A DNA stretch of 64,000 nt from Promethearchaeota archaeon. Lineage in GTDB: Archaea > Asgardarchaeota > Lokiarchaeia > Sigyniarchaeales > SOKP01. How positions within the stretch are numbered: the first letter of the stretch is position 1; every line of letters begins with the position of its first letter. The position numbers were made by a program, and so were the translations under genes. The notes below the pieces were generated by a model. That model worked only from the letters and a program-made list of their open reading frames with translations. It did not search any database and was not told the origin of the DNA. The DNA is taken from NCBI GenBank assembly GCA_016926735.1, contig JAFGOA010000223.1, forward strand, positions 31,276 through 95,275. Direction: 5' to 3'. Positions 9,431 through 19,100 of this stretch are shown here, piece by piece.

Positions 9431-10579
9431 TTATTTTAATTCTTCAAATTTCTTTCCTTTAAGTTGCTTATGCCAATAATGTGGTTTTGGTTTTTTAATA
9501 TTCCATTTTAAACATATTTCATTAACAATCCTTGGATATACATTATATATTTCACATATTTTTTTAATTGGCATTTTCCAAACTAATTTTATCAGTTCAT
9601 CCTTTTGAATGGAGTCTTCAAAAATATTTTTAGATGCAACTCTAAAATATTTCCTCTTTCGCGATAAACTATCTGGAAAATTATCTAACATTTCATTAAA
9701 TAGTTTTCCGCCCAAACTAAAATAATAATTCCCTTTACCATCGGGATTGATTTTATGAGGAATATTAAATCTTTTTTTTATTTCTTCTAAAATTAATTTA
9801 CTACCAATATGAAATTGATTAGTCCCTTCTTTTCCATCACCATCAAAAAAACCTAGTAAAAATGCCAGATCTAATTCTCTATTATCTAAATTAGGAAATC
9901 TTGTTCTTTTTTTACTACTTTTTACATAACCTAATGTGTATAGATCACTTTGAACATTAGAATTTTTAAAAGTAATCCTTACATATGTTCTTAGTTCATT
10001 TTTAGTCATTTTTGTTCGATATTTCTTGTATTTAGGATTTAAACCTATCGCTTTACAATACCTATCTATTAAAATTTCATCATTTTTGCTTAATTCAAGT
10101 TTTAATTCTCCTCTTTCTCCTAAATAAACTTCAGCCCACAATATTCCAAGCCAATAAGCTTTATTTTTTGAATTAATTTTTTTAAAGTAATTTATATTTA
10201 AATCAAGATGATAGTTTAAAACTTTTAGACCTTTTTTTCTAGATATTGGTAATTCTTCATTTGATTCTTGGTATTTCTTAATAAATTTTAATGTATTCTT
10301 CCCACGTAAGCCAAAATAAGCTTTAATATTATTACTCCATTCGTTTAATTCATCTAAAGCAATTTTAAATTGAGGATTCACTTTAATATTTCTTATAATT
10401 CTTTTTATACGTCTTTCATAATCACATAATATAAGACTTAATTTTTTATAAGATAAACTTCCATTATGAATTATTTTAACTTTAAAACCATTAATAAATA
10501 AGGTGGATGATACAATCTTAAAAATCTCGTTTCTTAAATCTTTTATTAATTCTGATGCAGAATAAGTAAGTCTTCTCAT
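9431..10579 (-). CDS. LAGLIDADG-family homing endonuclease-like protein with C-terminal HTH
   Basis: Two LAGLIDADG-type motifs (KAYWLGILWAEVYLG and LAFLLGFFDGDGKEG). The C-terminus PIKKICEIYNVYPRIVNEICLKW is HTH-like. Confidence 0.75.
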   Translation of the reverse strand: MRRLTYSASELIKDLRNEIFKIVSSTLFINGFKVKIIHNGSLSYKKLSLILCDYERRIKRIIRNIKVNPQFKIALDELNEWSNNIKAYFGLRGKNTLKFIKKYQESNEELPISRKKGLKVLNYHLDLNINYFKKINSKNKAYWLGILWAEVYLGERGELKLELSKNDEILIDRYCKAIGLNPKYKKYRTKMTKNELRTYVRITFKNSNVQSDLYTLGYVKSSKKRTRFPNLDNRELDLAFLLGFFDGDGKEGTNQFHIGSKLILEEIKKRFNIPHKINPDGKGNYYFSLGGKLFNEMLDNFPDSLSRKRKYFRVASKNIFEDSIQKDELIKLVWKMPIKKICEIYNVYPRIVNEICLKWNIKKPKPHYWHKQLKGKKFEELK

Positions 10580-10763
10580 TCCTCAATTATTTTGTTGTGT
10601 TTATTTCTGGTCTTTTTTCTATTTTTATCTAATTGAATTACTTCTCTAGTTTAAAGAATCTTTATTGATTTATATGGTTTTTATTAATATATATTTTAAT
10701 AGAGTCTGCAGATTTTTTTAAATAAAATATTTATATTATAACAAGAAAAAAAAAATAAAAAAA

Positions 10764-11608
10764 TTAAAGTCCTTTTGGACCGTTTTCATATATGCTATAT
10801 GCTTCATCAATAGACTTATTCTCATGAACTATAGCTCTTACTGCTTTAATCATGCCAATAGGGCTGTCACTTTGGAATATATTTCTTCCCATATTTGCGC
10901 CTATAATTATAAAAAATAGTTATAGTCTACGCCGACAGCTCCTTTATCAATAGCATTCCTTGCCATAATTAAAGCATCACGCTCCTCAATCTTCTTTCCA
11001 CCAGCTATTACAACCGGTACTGGAGCGATAGAAGTGACTTCGTCGAAGTTCTCACAATAATATGTTTTTACAAAAGTGGCACCTATTTCTGCTGCCATTC
11101 TACTTGCCATACCCAAATATCTTGCATCTCTAACCATTTCCCGTCCAACTGCTGTTACTGCTAAGACTGGAATACCATAATCTTGTCCCCAATTTACAAT
11201 CTTAGTTAAATTCATTAAAGATTGTTTTTCAAATTCACCACCTACAAAGATGGAACAGGTAATTGCTGAAACATTTAATCTTATCGCATCTTCAATTGTA
11301 ACATTTATTTCTTCATTTGAAAGTTCTTTTAACATACTTGCTCCGGCAGATACTCTTAGAACGATAGGTACATCAAAATCCGGTGAAACACAATTTCGAA
11401 GCATACCTCGTGTTAACATTAAAGCATCAGCATATTCAAAAAGGGGTTCTAACTTCTTAAAAGATTTTAACATTCCTGGGATATTGCCAAAATATTCATG
11501 AGTATGTATTAATTATACATATTTTCCATGATCGACAGCAAGCATGACGCAATGCCCAGATTTAGGTTTAATTATTCGGGATAATCTATTTTGCATTCCC
11601 CAATCCAT
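10764..11608 (-). CDS. class I aldolase of the DhnA family (fructose-bisphosphate aldolase / ADH synthase type), split into three exons by two BHB mini-introns
   Basis: Exons are 11608..11525, 11494..10927 and 10894..10764. The joined product is 260 aa. It has MLAVDHG-YFGNIPG, the Schiff-base Lys context ATFVKTYY, and GAVGVDMGRNIFQ. Unspliced, it contains an in-frame TAA and a frameshift. Confidence 0.8.
10895..10926 (-). other. aldolase intron 2 (32 nt), BHB type
   Basis: Helix GCGT(10932-10929)/GCGC(10900-10897). Bulges AGA and AAA. Inner helix CTATAA/TTATAG. Excision corrects the frame and gives GAVG-VDM-GRN spacing. Confidence 0.7.
11495..11524 (-). other. aldolase intron 1 (30 nt), BHB type
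   Basis: Helix CATG(11530-11527)/CATG(11500-11497). Bulges GAA and AAT. 9-position inner helix with one A.C mismatch and loop AATTA. Excision removes the in-frame TAA and gives AVDHG|YFGNIPG. Confidence 0.7.
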
Positions 11609-11733
11609 AGTTTTATCACTTATTTCTTATAATAATTTTATTTTGATATCGTAATAAGTAATGAAATTATTATAAATTTTAAGTTTAATAGCTAAAATAA
11701 GATATTTTAAAAATTTGTATTAAATATTGTTTT

Positions 11734-11997
11734 TTATTTCAATTCTGTTGTTTTGGTTGCCAAAATAAGATCTATTTTTTCATATCCTCTAATTATACCC
11801 TTTTGATCGATAAATACAACGAATTGATGATCAGAACAGACAATCCCTGCAGGAACATGTATTTTAACACAGCCAGATTCTTTTTTTGAAAAAATTTCTG
11901 TTGGAATTTTAACTATTTTATCAATTCCGCAAGTTGGACAAGATATATTGAACTCTCTCATGATTGATTCTAATTTCTTATAATTAATATTTAACAT
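11734..11997 (-). CDS. hypothetical zinc-ribbon protein
   Basis: 87 aa; CPTCG near the N-terminus with further Cys/His downstream. Confidence 0.45.
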   Translation of the reverse strand: MLNINYKKLESIMREFNISCPTCGIDKIVKIPTEIFSKKESGCVKIHVPAGIVCSDHQFVVFIDQKGIIRGYEKIDLILATKTTELK

Positions 11998-12087
11998 TTT
12001 TTCTTACTTAGATATATTAAATACTGAGAAGTCAAATAAAAATGTTCACTTTTCCTATGAAATAAAGGAAAAAAAATTAAAAAAAAA

Positions 12088-14721
12088 TTATTCTCTTTTT
12101 AGAATTTGTGAATTTTGAGTTGTGTATACAAACAATATAATTAGTATCATTGGTATAATCCCAATAAAAATGATACTATATATTCCTTCTAAAAGGGTAC
12201 TATCAAAAACTATTGGTATAAATAGAGTACCGAAAACATTGAAACAATAGTGAATAATAATACAAGGGATCAAGCTTCTTGTCTTAAAATAGGTATAAGA
12301 TAGGGTAATACCCATAAATGAAGCATATATTATTTGTTCAACTGTTGATAAAGGAGATTCACCAATAAGTGTTAGAAAATTGATTAGATGAGATAATCCA
12401 AATAGGAGTCCACACATTATAATGGTATTAATAGTATTATATTTTTCTTTAAATATTGATGTATTTATCCCTCGGAATGCTATCTCTTCCCAAATAGCTG
12501 GAATTAACATATATAGGAAAATAAAAGCTCCAAGTCCAAAATAGACCGTATCTAAAATATGGAAAATCCTATCAAAACTAAATGTATAGTTACCAAATAT
12601 TAAACTTCCCATATATAATGAGAATACAATGATTAAAAAGGATATGATTCCAATTAAAATATTTTTTATATAGTTTTGTTTGTTAGTAATTTTGATATCC
12701 TTTAAATATTGGTTTAATTTTTTCGATCCATATGGAAGTGACAACCATTTAGGAACTATTATAATAAAAATTAATGCTAAAACGCTAAATTCTGTAATTG
12801 GACCAACTATTCTCCTTATATTATTAAAACCTATTGGATCTATTATTGGATTTATGAATAATGATATTGTTAAATAGATTAAATTCAATACAATAAAGGG
12901 TAAACACCAATATAAAAGCAAAACAGCAATAGCTCCAAAAATAGGATTTTTTCTCAATGATCCTCCTGTTATATATGATTTATATCCTTTAAAAGAAGGA
13001 AACATCTTATCGAATGCAACAAATAACACACATAAAATTATTCCACCAATAAGTAACATAGCAGATGCTAAGAACCAAACTTCCATATATATTGAAGCTA
13101 AAACCATTATTATCGTAAAATTCAAGAATACAAGTCCTAAATTCATAAGACCAATTAGAAGCCATTTTCTTATCTTCTTTTCTTTATAGATTTCTTCTGT
13201 AATATATTTATATTTCATTTTGCCAAAAAGCATTATTTTCATCATAAATGCGATAAAAAGAAATCCTAAGGATATAGGCAATGCACATAATCCTACTATC
13301 ACAACCCAAAAGCTTTGTATGATTATTGAAGCGAATATAGTAGACACAATAAATGAAATTGATTGTATTATGATCATTAGTATTAATTTTGCTTTTGCTT
13401 GATCTCTTGGAAGAATTGGTAAGGAAGAGGTAATTGCAAATCCTGATTCTTCCATATTCATCAATCCCATCACAAGCATAAGTGGATTCATAGTACTTAT
13501 TATAAGTAAACTAACCATTAAAAATGATAATAGTTGTATATTAAGATCTGATACTTCTGTTAATCCTGAAGAGAATGAAATGATCATAATAATGGTCATG
13601 ATCATTGGCATGATTAATAACATAGCTGATTGAGGATCTCTTGCAGCTGTTGTCAAATCTTTTTTAATATATGCTTTTATTGGACCATATTTTGCTACCT
13701 CAATCTTTATTTCTTCAATATTTAGATCTTCGATTTTTCTTTTATATTTCTTTTCTTTTCGCCCTCCAATAACAGCTGATAATGATTTTAATGCTTTTCT
13801 ACTCATAAGATATGTTATTCCTAAAAATAATAGAAATCCAATAGTAGAAGTCGCCCATAATGATAATGATGTATTTGTTGGAGATATAAATAATGATATG
13901 AAATAAATTGGCGCGAAAGGATATGGAATTAAACTCAATATAAGGTTCCAAATATTTGTATATGGAGATAACGAAAAATAAGCAAGAGTACCTTCTAATG
14001 TAAAAAATACTAATTGTAATGTAATATTCATTCCAATAGAAAGACCAATAATCACACTAAATACTAAAATTTTCATTCTTGTAGATTTTTTTGAAGTGGT
14101 TTCAGGATTGAATATTACTCTGCTTACTCTTTCTCCAATGAAAATTAAGAAACATAAACAAAAAATGGCATTTGGAATTGAAATTAAGAAACTTAAAAAT
14201 GTTAATACTAAATTATGGGTAAATATAAACATCATTATTGGTATAGCTAAGCATAATGAAATTAATTGGAGATCTATACTCCTAAATAAAGTCATGAAAG
14301 CATATTTTCTCAATTTTGGTTTTGATATTGGCAATGTTCTTAACCAATAGAAAGATTCACCCGACATATATGCTCCCATTGTATATAATCCAAATAAAAC
14401 TAGATATGATAAATAGGATGTCATTAGTATAGAAAAAATTATTCCATAAGTGATTACTGTTATTTCCATATTACTATTGGGAACCAATAAATCTAAAACA
14501 TTAGGACCACTTACAAGATATATTAATGGTAATAAAACTATCATAAAAGAACTAATTATTTTAAGGAGCACTACCATATTACCTATATATTTCTTATTTT
14601 TCTCACATTTTTCCAAAAAACTGGCTTGTCTTGAACCTGCTTGTTTCATTTGGGCTTCATAAAAAACCTCGTGAGAAATAAATTTCGCCATAGAATAATA
14701 TTCTATAAATTTGTTTTTCAT
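12088..14721 (-). CDS. large polytopic membrane protein: ABC-2-like permease region fused to a C-terminal CPBP (CAAX/Abi) intramembrane protease domain
   Basis: 877 aa with more than 20 hydrophobic segments. The C-terminus carries CPBP motifs WEEIAFRG, FGLSHL and HYCFN. The gene is adjacent to, and co-oriented with, an ABC ATPase. Confidence 0.7.
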   Translation of the reverse strand: MKNKFIEYYSMAKFISHEVFYEAQMKQAGSRQASFLEKCEKNKKYIGNMVVLLKIISSFMIVLLPLIYLVSGPNVLDLLVPNSNMEITVITYGIIFSILMTSYLSYLVLFGLYTMGAYMSGESFYWLRTLPISKPKLRKYAFMTLFRSIDLQLISLCLAIPIMMFIFTHNLVLTFLSFLISIPNAIFCLCFLIFIGERVSRVIFNPETTSKKSTRMKILVFSVIIGLSIGMNITLQLVFFTLEGTLAYFSLSPYTNIWNLILSLIPYPFAPIYFISLFISPTNTSLSLWATSTIGFLLFLGITYLMSRKALKSLSAVIGGRKEKKYKRKIEDLNIEEIKIEVAKYGPIKAYIKKDLTTAARDPQSAMLLIMPMIMTIIMIISFSSGLTEVSDLNIQLLSFLMVSLLIISTMNPLMLVMGLMNMEESGFAITSSLPILPRDQAKAKLILMIIIQSISFIVSTIFASIIIQSFWVVIVGLCALPISLGFLFIAFMMKIMLFGKMKYKYITEEIYKEKKIRKWLLIGLMNLGLVFLNFTIIMVLASIYMEVWFLASAMLLIGGIILCVLFVAFDKMFPSFKGYKSYITGGSLRKNPIFGAIAVLLLYWCLPFIVLNLIYLTISLFINPIIDPIGFNNIRRIVGPITEFSVLALIFIIIVPKWLSLPYGSKKLNQYLKDIKITNKQNYIKNILIGIISFLIIVFSLYMGSLIFGNYTFSFDRIFHILDTVYFGLGAFIFLYMLIPAIWEEIAFRGINTSIFKEKYNTINTIIMCGLLFGLSHLINFLTLIGESPLSTVEQIIYASFMGITLSYTYFKTRSLIPCIIIHYCFNVFGTLFIPIVFDSTLLEGIYSIIFIGIIPMILIILFVYTTQNSQILKRE

Positions 14722-14736
14722 ATAGGTTTGCCTCTG

Positions 14737-15549
14737 TTATTTATTATTAAAAGATTCTCGTAATTTTTTTATAATTTCCATTACAGAGATATCTTGATCA
14801 GTTAATCTTAAAAACACATCTTCTAAACTTGCTCCTAATTTATTTGATTGTTTGCGTAATTCATCTATAGTGCCTATTCCTACCATTTTACCTTTACTAA
14901 TGATTCCAATCCTATCACATAGTTCTTCAGCTATTTTCATAATATGGGTCGAAAATAAAACAGCTCCTCCATTCTCTATATGCATATCTAATATTTCCTT
15001 AAAGACTTTAACTGATTTTGCATCCAATCCTGCTAAAGGTTCATCTAAAATCAATATTTTTGGATTATGTATTATTGAAGCGATAATTTGCATTTTTTGC
15101 TTATTTCCATGAGATAATGTATCTAAAATTTGTTCATAATATTGAATTGCTTCAAAACTTTCTAAATATTCTCGTAACATCTTTTGTGTCTTGGAAGGAT
15201 TTAATTTTCTTATTGAGGATATAAAATTAAATAAATCCTTTGTAGTTAAAGATCTAAATATCAATGGTTCTTCAGCAACATATCCAATGTGCTCTTTTAT
15301 TTTAACATCTTCTCTTTGAGGGTTCATTCCAAAAATATTTATACTTCCTTCATTTGGTTCTAGAAGGCCTAGTAGTAATTTAATAGTTGTAGTTTTTCCT
15401 GCTCCATTTGGTCCTAATAAACCAAATATTTCTCCTTTTTTAACATTAAATGAAATACCATCAACGGCTTTAGTTTGAACATGTTGATTATTTATATTTT
15501 GTTCAAAATATTTTTTCAAATCTTGAACTTGAATTAATGTTTCTGTCAT
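14737..15549 (-). CDS. ABC transporter ATP-binding protein
   Basis: Walker A GPNGAGKTT, signature LSHGNKQK, Walker B ILILDEP. Confidence 0.9.
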   Translation of the reverse strand: MTETLIQVQDLKKYFEQNINNQHVQTKAVDGISFNVKKGEIFGLLGPNGAGKTTTIKLLLGLLEPNEGSINIFGMNPQREDVKIKEHIGYVAEEPLIFRSLTTKDLFNFISSIRKLNPSKTQKMLREYLESFEAIQYYEQILDTLSHGNKQKMQIIASIIHNPKILILDEPLAGLDAKSVKVFKEILDMHIENGGAVLFSTHIMKIAEELCDRIGIISKGKMVGIGTIDELRKQSNKLGASLEDVFLRLTDQDISVMEIIKKLRESFNNK

Positions 15550-15728
15550 TTTTTCTCAATTTAAATTAATATTAGTTAATATATGTCAATATATTACACT
15601 ATATAAATATTATTATTCGTACGTATATTACTCTTAGATGTCTTATATTATATATTTAATAATAAAATAATTGTAATAAGAAAGAAATATATTTATATAT
15701 TTTCTATTAGGGGGAATTAGAATAAAAA

Positions 15729-16670
15729 TCATTTTTCTCTAATAATCATAATTATAGAGAGTACTATAATAATCGTACCAATTAAGTGATATATTGTAAA
15801 TAATTCTCCTAAAATAATCATTGAAAAAATAGCTGTTACAATTGGGGTAGGTGCCATTATGATTGTTGCTTTAGAGACCTCTAGATAATTAAGTGATGAA
15901 TACCAGCATAAAAGATCAATTCCATAAGCTAATGCCATAGCAATGAAAATTAATTGATTATAGGGATTTAAAAACAATTTAAAATTTTCTATTGGAAAAA
16001 AGATTATATAAAGAATAATTATAAAAATTCCATTCATAAAATTTCGGAATAGAACCAATTGACTGGGTAAAATTTGAGAATTGTTTAATATTGGTTTAGT
16101 TATAGAATGAGCTAGCATCCATAACATTGATGTAATTATTATTAGAATTACTCCTAAATTAAAATTAAGAAGATTGAATTGACCTTGAGTTGTTGAAATA
16201 ATCAGCCCTGTCATTAATATAAACGAGAAAAATATTTGTTTCCGAGTCACTTTTTCTTGATTAATTAAATATCCAAATAGCAATCCAAAAAGAATAGTAG
16301 TTTTTTGAGTGAGAGCTCCATTCACAGCTCCTGCTATATCAAGCCCAGTAAAATATAGAATTTGTGAGATAGAAAAGCTTATTCCGATATATAGTAGAAA
16401 ATTAGCATTTTTCTTTTTTTTCCAACTATATAGAAGTGAATTATTCAAATGAAATTGATTTGGTTCTTTTAAAAGTTGATTTTTTAGTTTTCTTCTATGA
16501 ATTAACGTTATAGGAATAAAAAGTATTGCTTGATAGAGACACGTTATCCCTGTAAAAAAATAAGGATCTAAAGCCTCATCACGACCTAAAGCAATAATGG
16601 GTTGTAGTCCAACTAAAATCATAGCTATGAAGGCATATGATAAACCAATACTTAATTTTTTATTTTTCAC
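15729..16670 (-). CDS. EamA/DMT-superfamily transporter
   Basis: 313 aa, about 10 TM segments arranged as two similar halves. Confidence 0.6.
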   Translation of the reverse strand: MKNKKLSIGLSYAFIAMILVGLQPIIALGRDEALDPYFFTGITCLYQAILFIPITLIHRRKLKNQLLKEPNQFHLNNSLLYSWKKKKNANFLLYIGISFSISQILYFTGLDIAGAVNGALTQKTTILFGLLFGYLINQEKVTRKQIFFSFILMTGLIISTTQGQFNLLNFNLGVILIIITSMLWMLAHSITKPILNNSQILPSQLVLFRNFMNGIFIIILYIIFFPIENFKLFLNPYNQLIFIAMALAYGIDLLCWYSSLNYLEVSKATIIMAPTPIVTAIFSMIILGELFTIYHLIGTIIIVLSIIMIIREK

Positions 16671-16912
16671 GCTACAATTTGAAATCTGGCAAGGTTAATG
16701 AATTTTTAGAAATTATTCACATCGATAAAAGTAATAGTCTGTAATTATTTTTCTCTTGACGTCGATTTGTAAAAATTATCTTCGGTGATTTATTTGTTAC
16801 AGTTATCTGAAATTTATAAAAGAATATAAATATAGGATTTTTATATATAACCAAATTTTGACATAAGTGAAAAGTTTTGATATTAGGAGAATTAAGATAC
16901 AATCATCAAAAT

Positions 16913-19063
16913 ATGAAAAGAGGGTATACAAACAGAACTCTTTATATTAATCTTACCAAAAAGGAAATTAAAATAAAATCTGTCTCTGATGAAATGAAAG
17001 AGAAATTTATTGGAGGAAGGGGTTTTGATATTTGGTTAATGTGGAATAGTTTACCAAAAGATCGAATAGTCAAGTGGAATGATCCTGAAAATGAAATATG
17101 TTTGGCAACTGGGCCTCTTGGTGCATCTACGTATTATCCTGGAGGGGGAAAATCAATAGTTACTTCAATATCTCCTTTAACAGGTATAATTATCGATAGT
17201 AATGTAGGAGGTTATTTTGGGTCATATTCGAAATATTCTGGTTTCGATGCAATTGAGATTCAAGGTAAAGCAGAAAAAGAAGTTCTCATCTTTATAAATG
17301 GACAGGATCATATTATTCAATTAATAGAAGCAAATGATTTTGAAGAATTATCCGATAATTCCCATTTGCTTACCCAACAATTAACAGAAAAATTTGCAAA
17401 AGAACCCTCAGAAAAAGAAAAACAATTAGTTTCAGTTGTATCTACAGGACCAGGCGCTAAATATACAAGATGGGGATTGTTAAATTTCTCTTGGTATAAT
17501 AGGAAAAGAAAATGGGCTTCATGTAAACAAGCAGGTCGAGGAGGGATTGGAACTGTTTTTGCAGATAAAAAAATTAAAGCGCTTATATGTAGGGCTCCTA
17601 TTTATGATGTAAAAAGAAATAACCCAGCGAATCCAGAGAAATTAGCAGAGTTAGGTAAGAAACATAATAAAAATATCATAAAATTTGATCCTACAATGAA
17701 TCAAATGAGATTTGTTGGAACTGGCTATCTACCTGATATTATGAATATAACCGACCTACTTCCAACTGAGAATTATCGTTTTGGACAACATAGAGAAATT
17801 AAGGATAAAAATATTCCATACAAAAGACAAGTATGGTTTGAATTATTTGGAGAGCATACCGGAAAAGGAGCGGATGGGTGTTGGCTTGGATGTTCTGTGA
17901 GCTGTTCACATTGGATTAGTGATTATGAAGTTATGACAGGACCTTTTAAGGGTCAGAAAGTTATAGTTGATGGTCCTGAATATGAAACAATTGCAGGATG
18001 TGGTTCCAATTGGGGTGTGTGGGATCCAAAATGGGTAGTAGAAGTAAATTTTTATTGTGATACCTATGGTCTAGATACAATTGGAGTTGGTACTGGTATA
18101 GCATTTGTAATGGAATGTTATGAAGAAGGGATAGTTAATAAAGATATTACTGGGGGTCTTGAATTAAATTTTGGGAATATTGAGGCTGCTATAGAATTAA
18201 TACATCAAATGGCTCGAGGAGAAGGATTTGGTGTTGTTGTTGGTCAAGGAATAAAGAAAATGAAAAAGAAATTTGCAGAAGAATACGGAGGAGATCCTCA
18301 ATTTTTACAAGATATTGGAATGGAACATAAAGGATTAGAATTTTCAGAATATATAACAAAAGAAAGTCTTACTCAGCAAGGAGGTTATGGTTTAACAAAT
18401 AAAGGACCTCAACATGATGAAGCGTGGTTAATTTTTGAAGATATTGTACGACACTCAATACCTACTTTTGAAGATAAGGCAAAAGCACTCTATTGGTTTC
18501 CCCTTTGGAGAACATGGTTTGGGTTATGTGGACTATGTAAATTACCTTGGAATGATGTTCCTCCTCCATCTAATTTTGAATTACCTATTAAAATGGCCGG
18601 TGAATTACTCCAAGCTAAAATCCCACAACATGTTCAATGGTATGCTGATTATTTTTCAGCAGTAACAGGAATTCATACAGAACCAGATGATTTGATACAA
18701 ATGTCTGAGAGAGTATATAATCTTCAGAGAATTTTTAATATAAGACAAGGTAAAGGACTAAAGGAGCATGATTCAAATTTACCATATCGAGCAATGGGAC
18801 CGGTAACAAAAATGGAATATGAAAGTCGACAAGAAAGATATGATAATCAATTAAAAGAACTTGAAATAGATGTGAAAGACCTATCAACTGAGGAGAAAAT
18901 GAAGATTCTAAGAAAAAATAGAGAAATTCAATATTTTAAACTTCAAGAAGCAGTATACGAGAAAAGAGGATGGAATGCTTTTGGTTGCCCAACTATCGAT
19001 CTTTTAAAAAGATTGGAAATAAATTATGAAGATCTTATCCATGTAATTAAACCATATCAGTAA
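16913..19063 (+). CDS. aldehyde:ferredoxin oxidoreductase family (tungstopterin enzyme)
   Basis: N-terminus MKRGYTNRTLYINLTK...GGRG and central EYETIAGCGSN, GLDTIG and CKL motifs are typical of the AOR family. ATG at 16913 is in frame with the track ORF that starts at 16877. Confidence 0.9.
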   Translation: MKRGYTNRTLYINLTKKEIKIKSVSDEMKEKFIGGRGFDIWLMWNSLPKDRIVKWNDPENEICLATGPLGASTYYPGGGKSIVTSISPLTGIIIDSNVGGYFGSYSKYSGFDAIEIQGKAEKEVLIFINGQDHIIQLIEANDFEELSDNSHLLTQQLTEKFAKEPSEKEKQLVSVVSTGPGAKYTRWGLLNFSWYNRKRKWASCKQAGRGGIGTVFADKKIKALICRAPIYDVKRNNPANPEKLAELGKKHNKNIIKFDPTMNQMRFVGTGYLPDIMNITDLLPTENYRFGQHREIKDKNIPYKRQVWFELFGEHTGKGADGCWLGCSVSCSHWISDYEVMTGPFKGQKVIVDGPEYETIAGCGSNWGVWDPKWVVEVNFYCDTYGLDTIGVGTGIAFVMECYEEGIVNKDITGGLELNFGNIEAAIELIHQMARGEGFGVVVGQGIKKMKKKFAEEYGGDPQFLQDIGMEHKGLEFSEYITKESLTQQGGYGLTNKGPQHDEAWLIFEDIVRHSIPTFEDKAKALYWFPLWRTWFGLCGLCKLPWNDVPPPSNFELPIKMAGELLQAKIPQHVQWYADYFSAVTGIHTEPDDLIQMSERVYNLQRIFNIRQGKGLKEHDSNLPYRAMGPVTKMEYESRQERYDNQLKELEIDVKDLSTEEKMKILRKNREIQYFKLQEAVYEKRGWNAFGCPTIDLLKRLEINYEDLIHVIKPYQ

Positions 19064-19100
19064 AAATTGGGTTATAAAAATTTTAAATTTTCTTTTTCTT

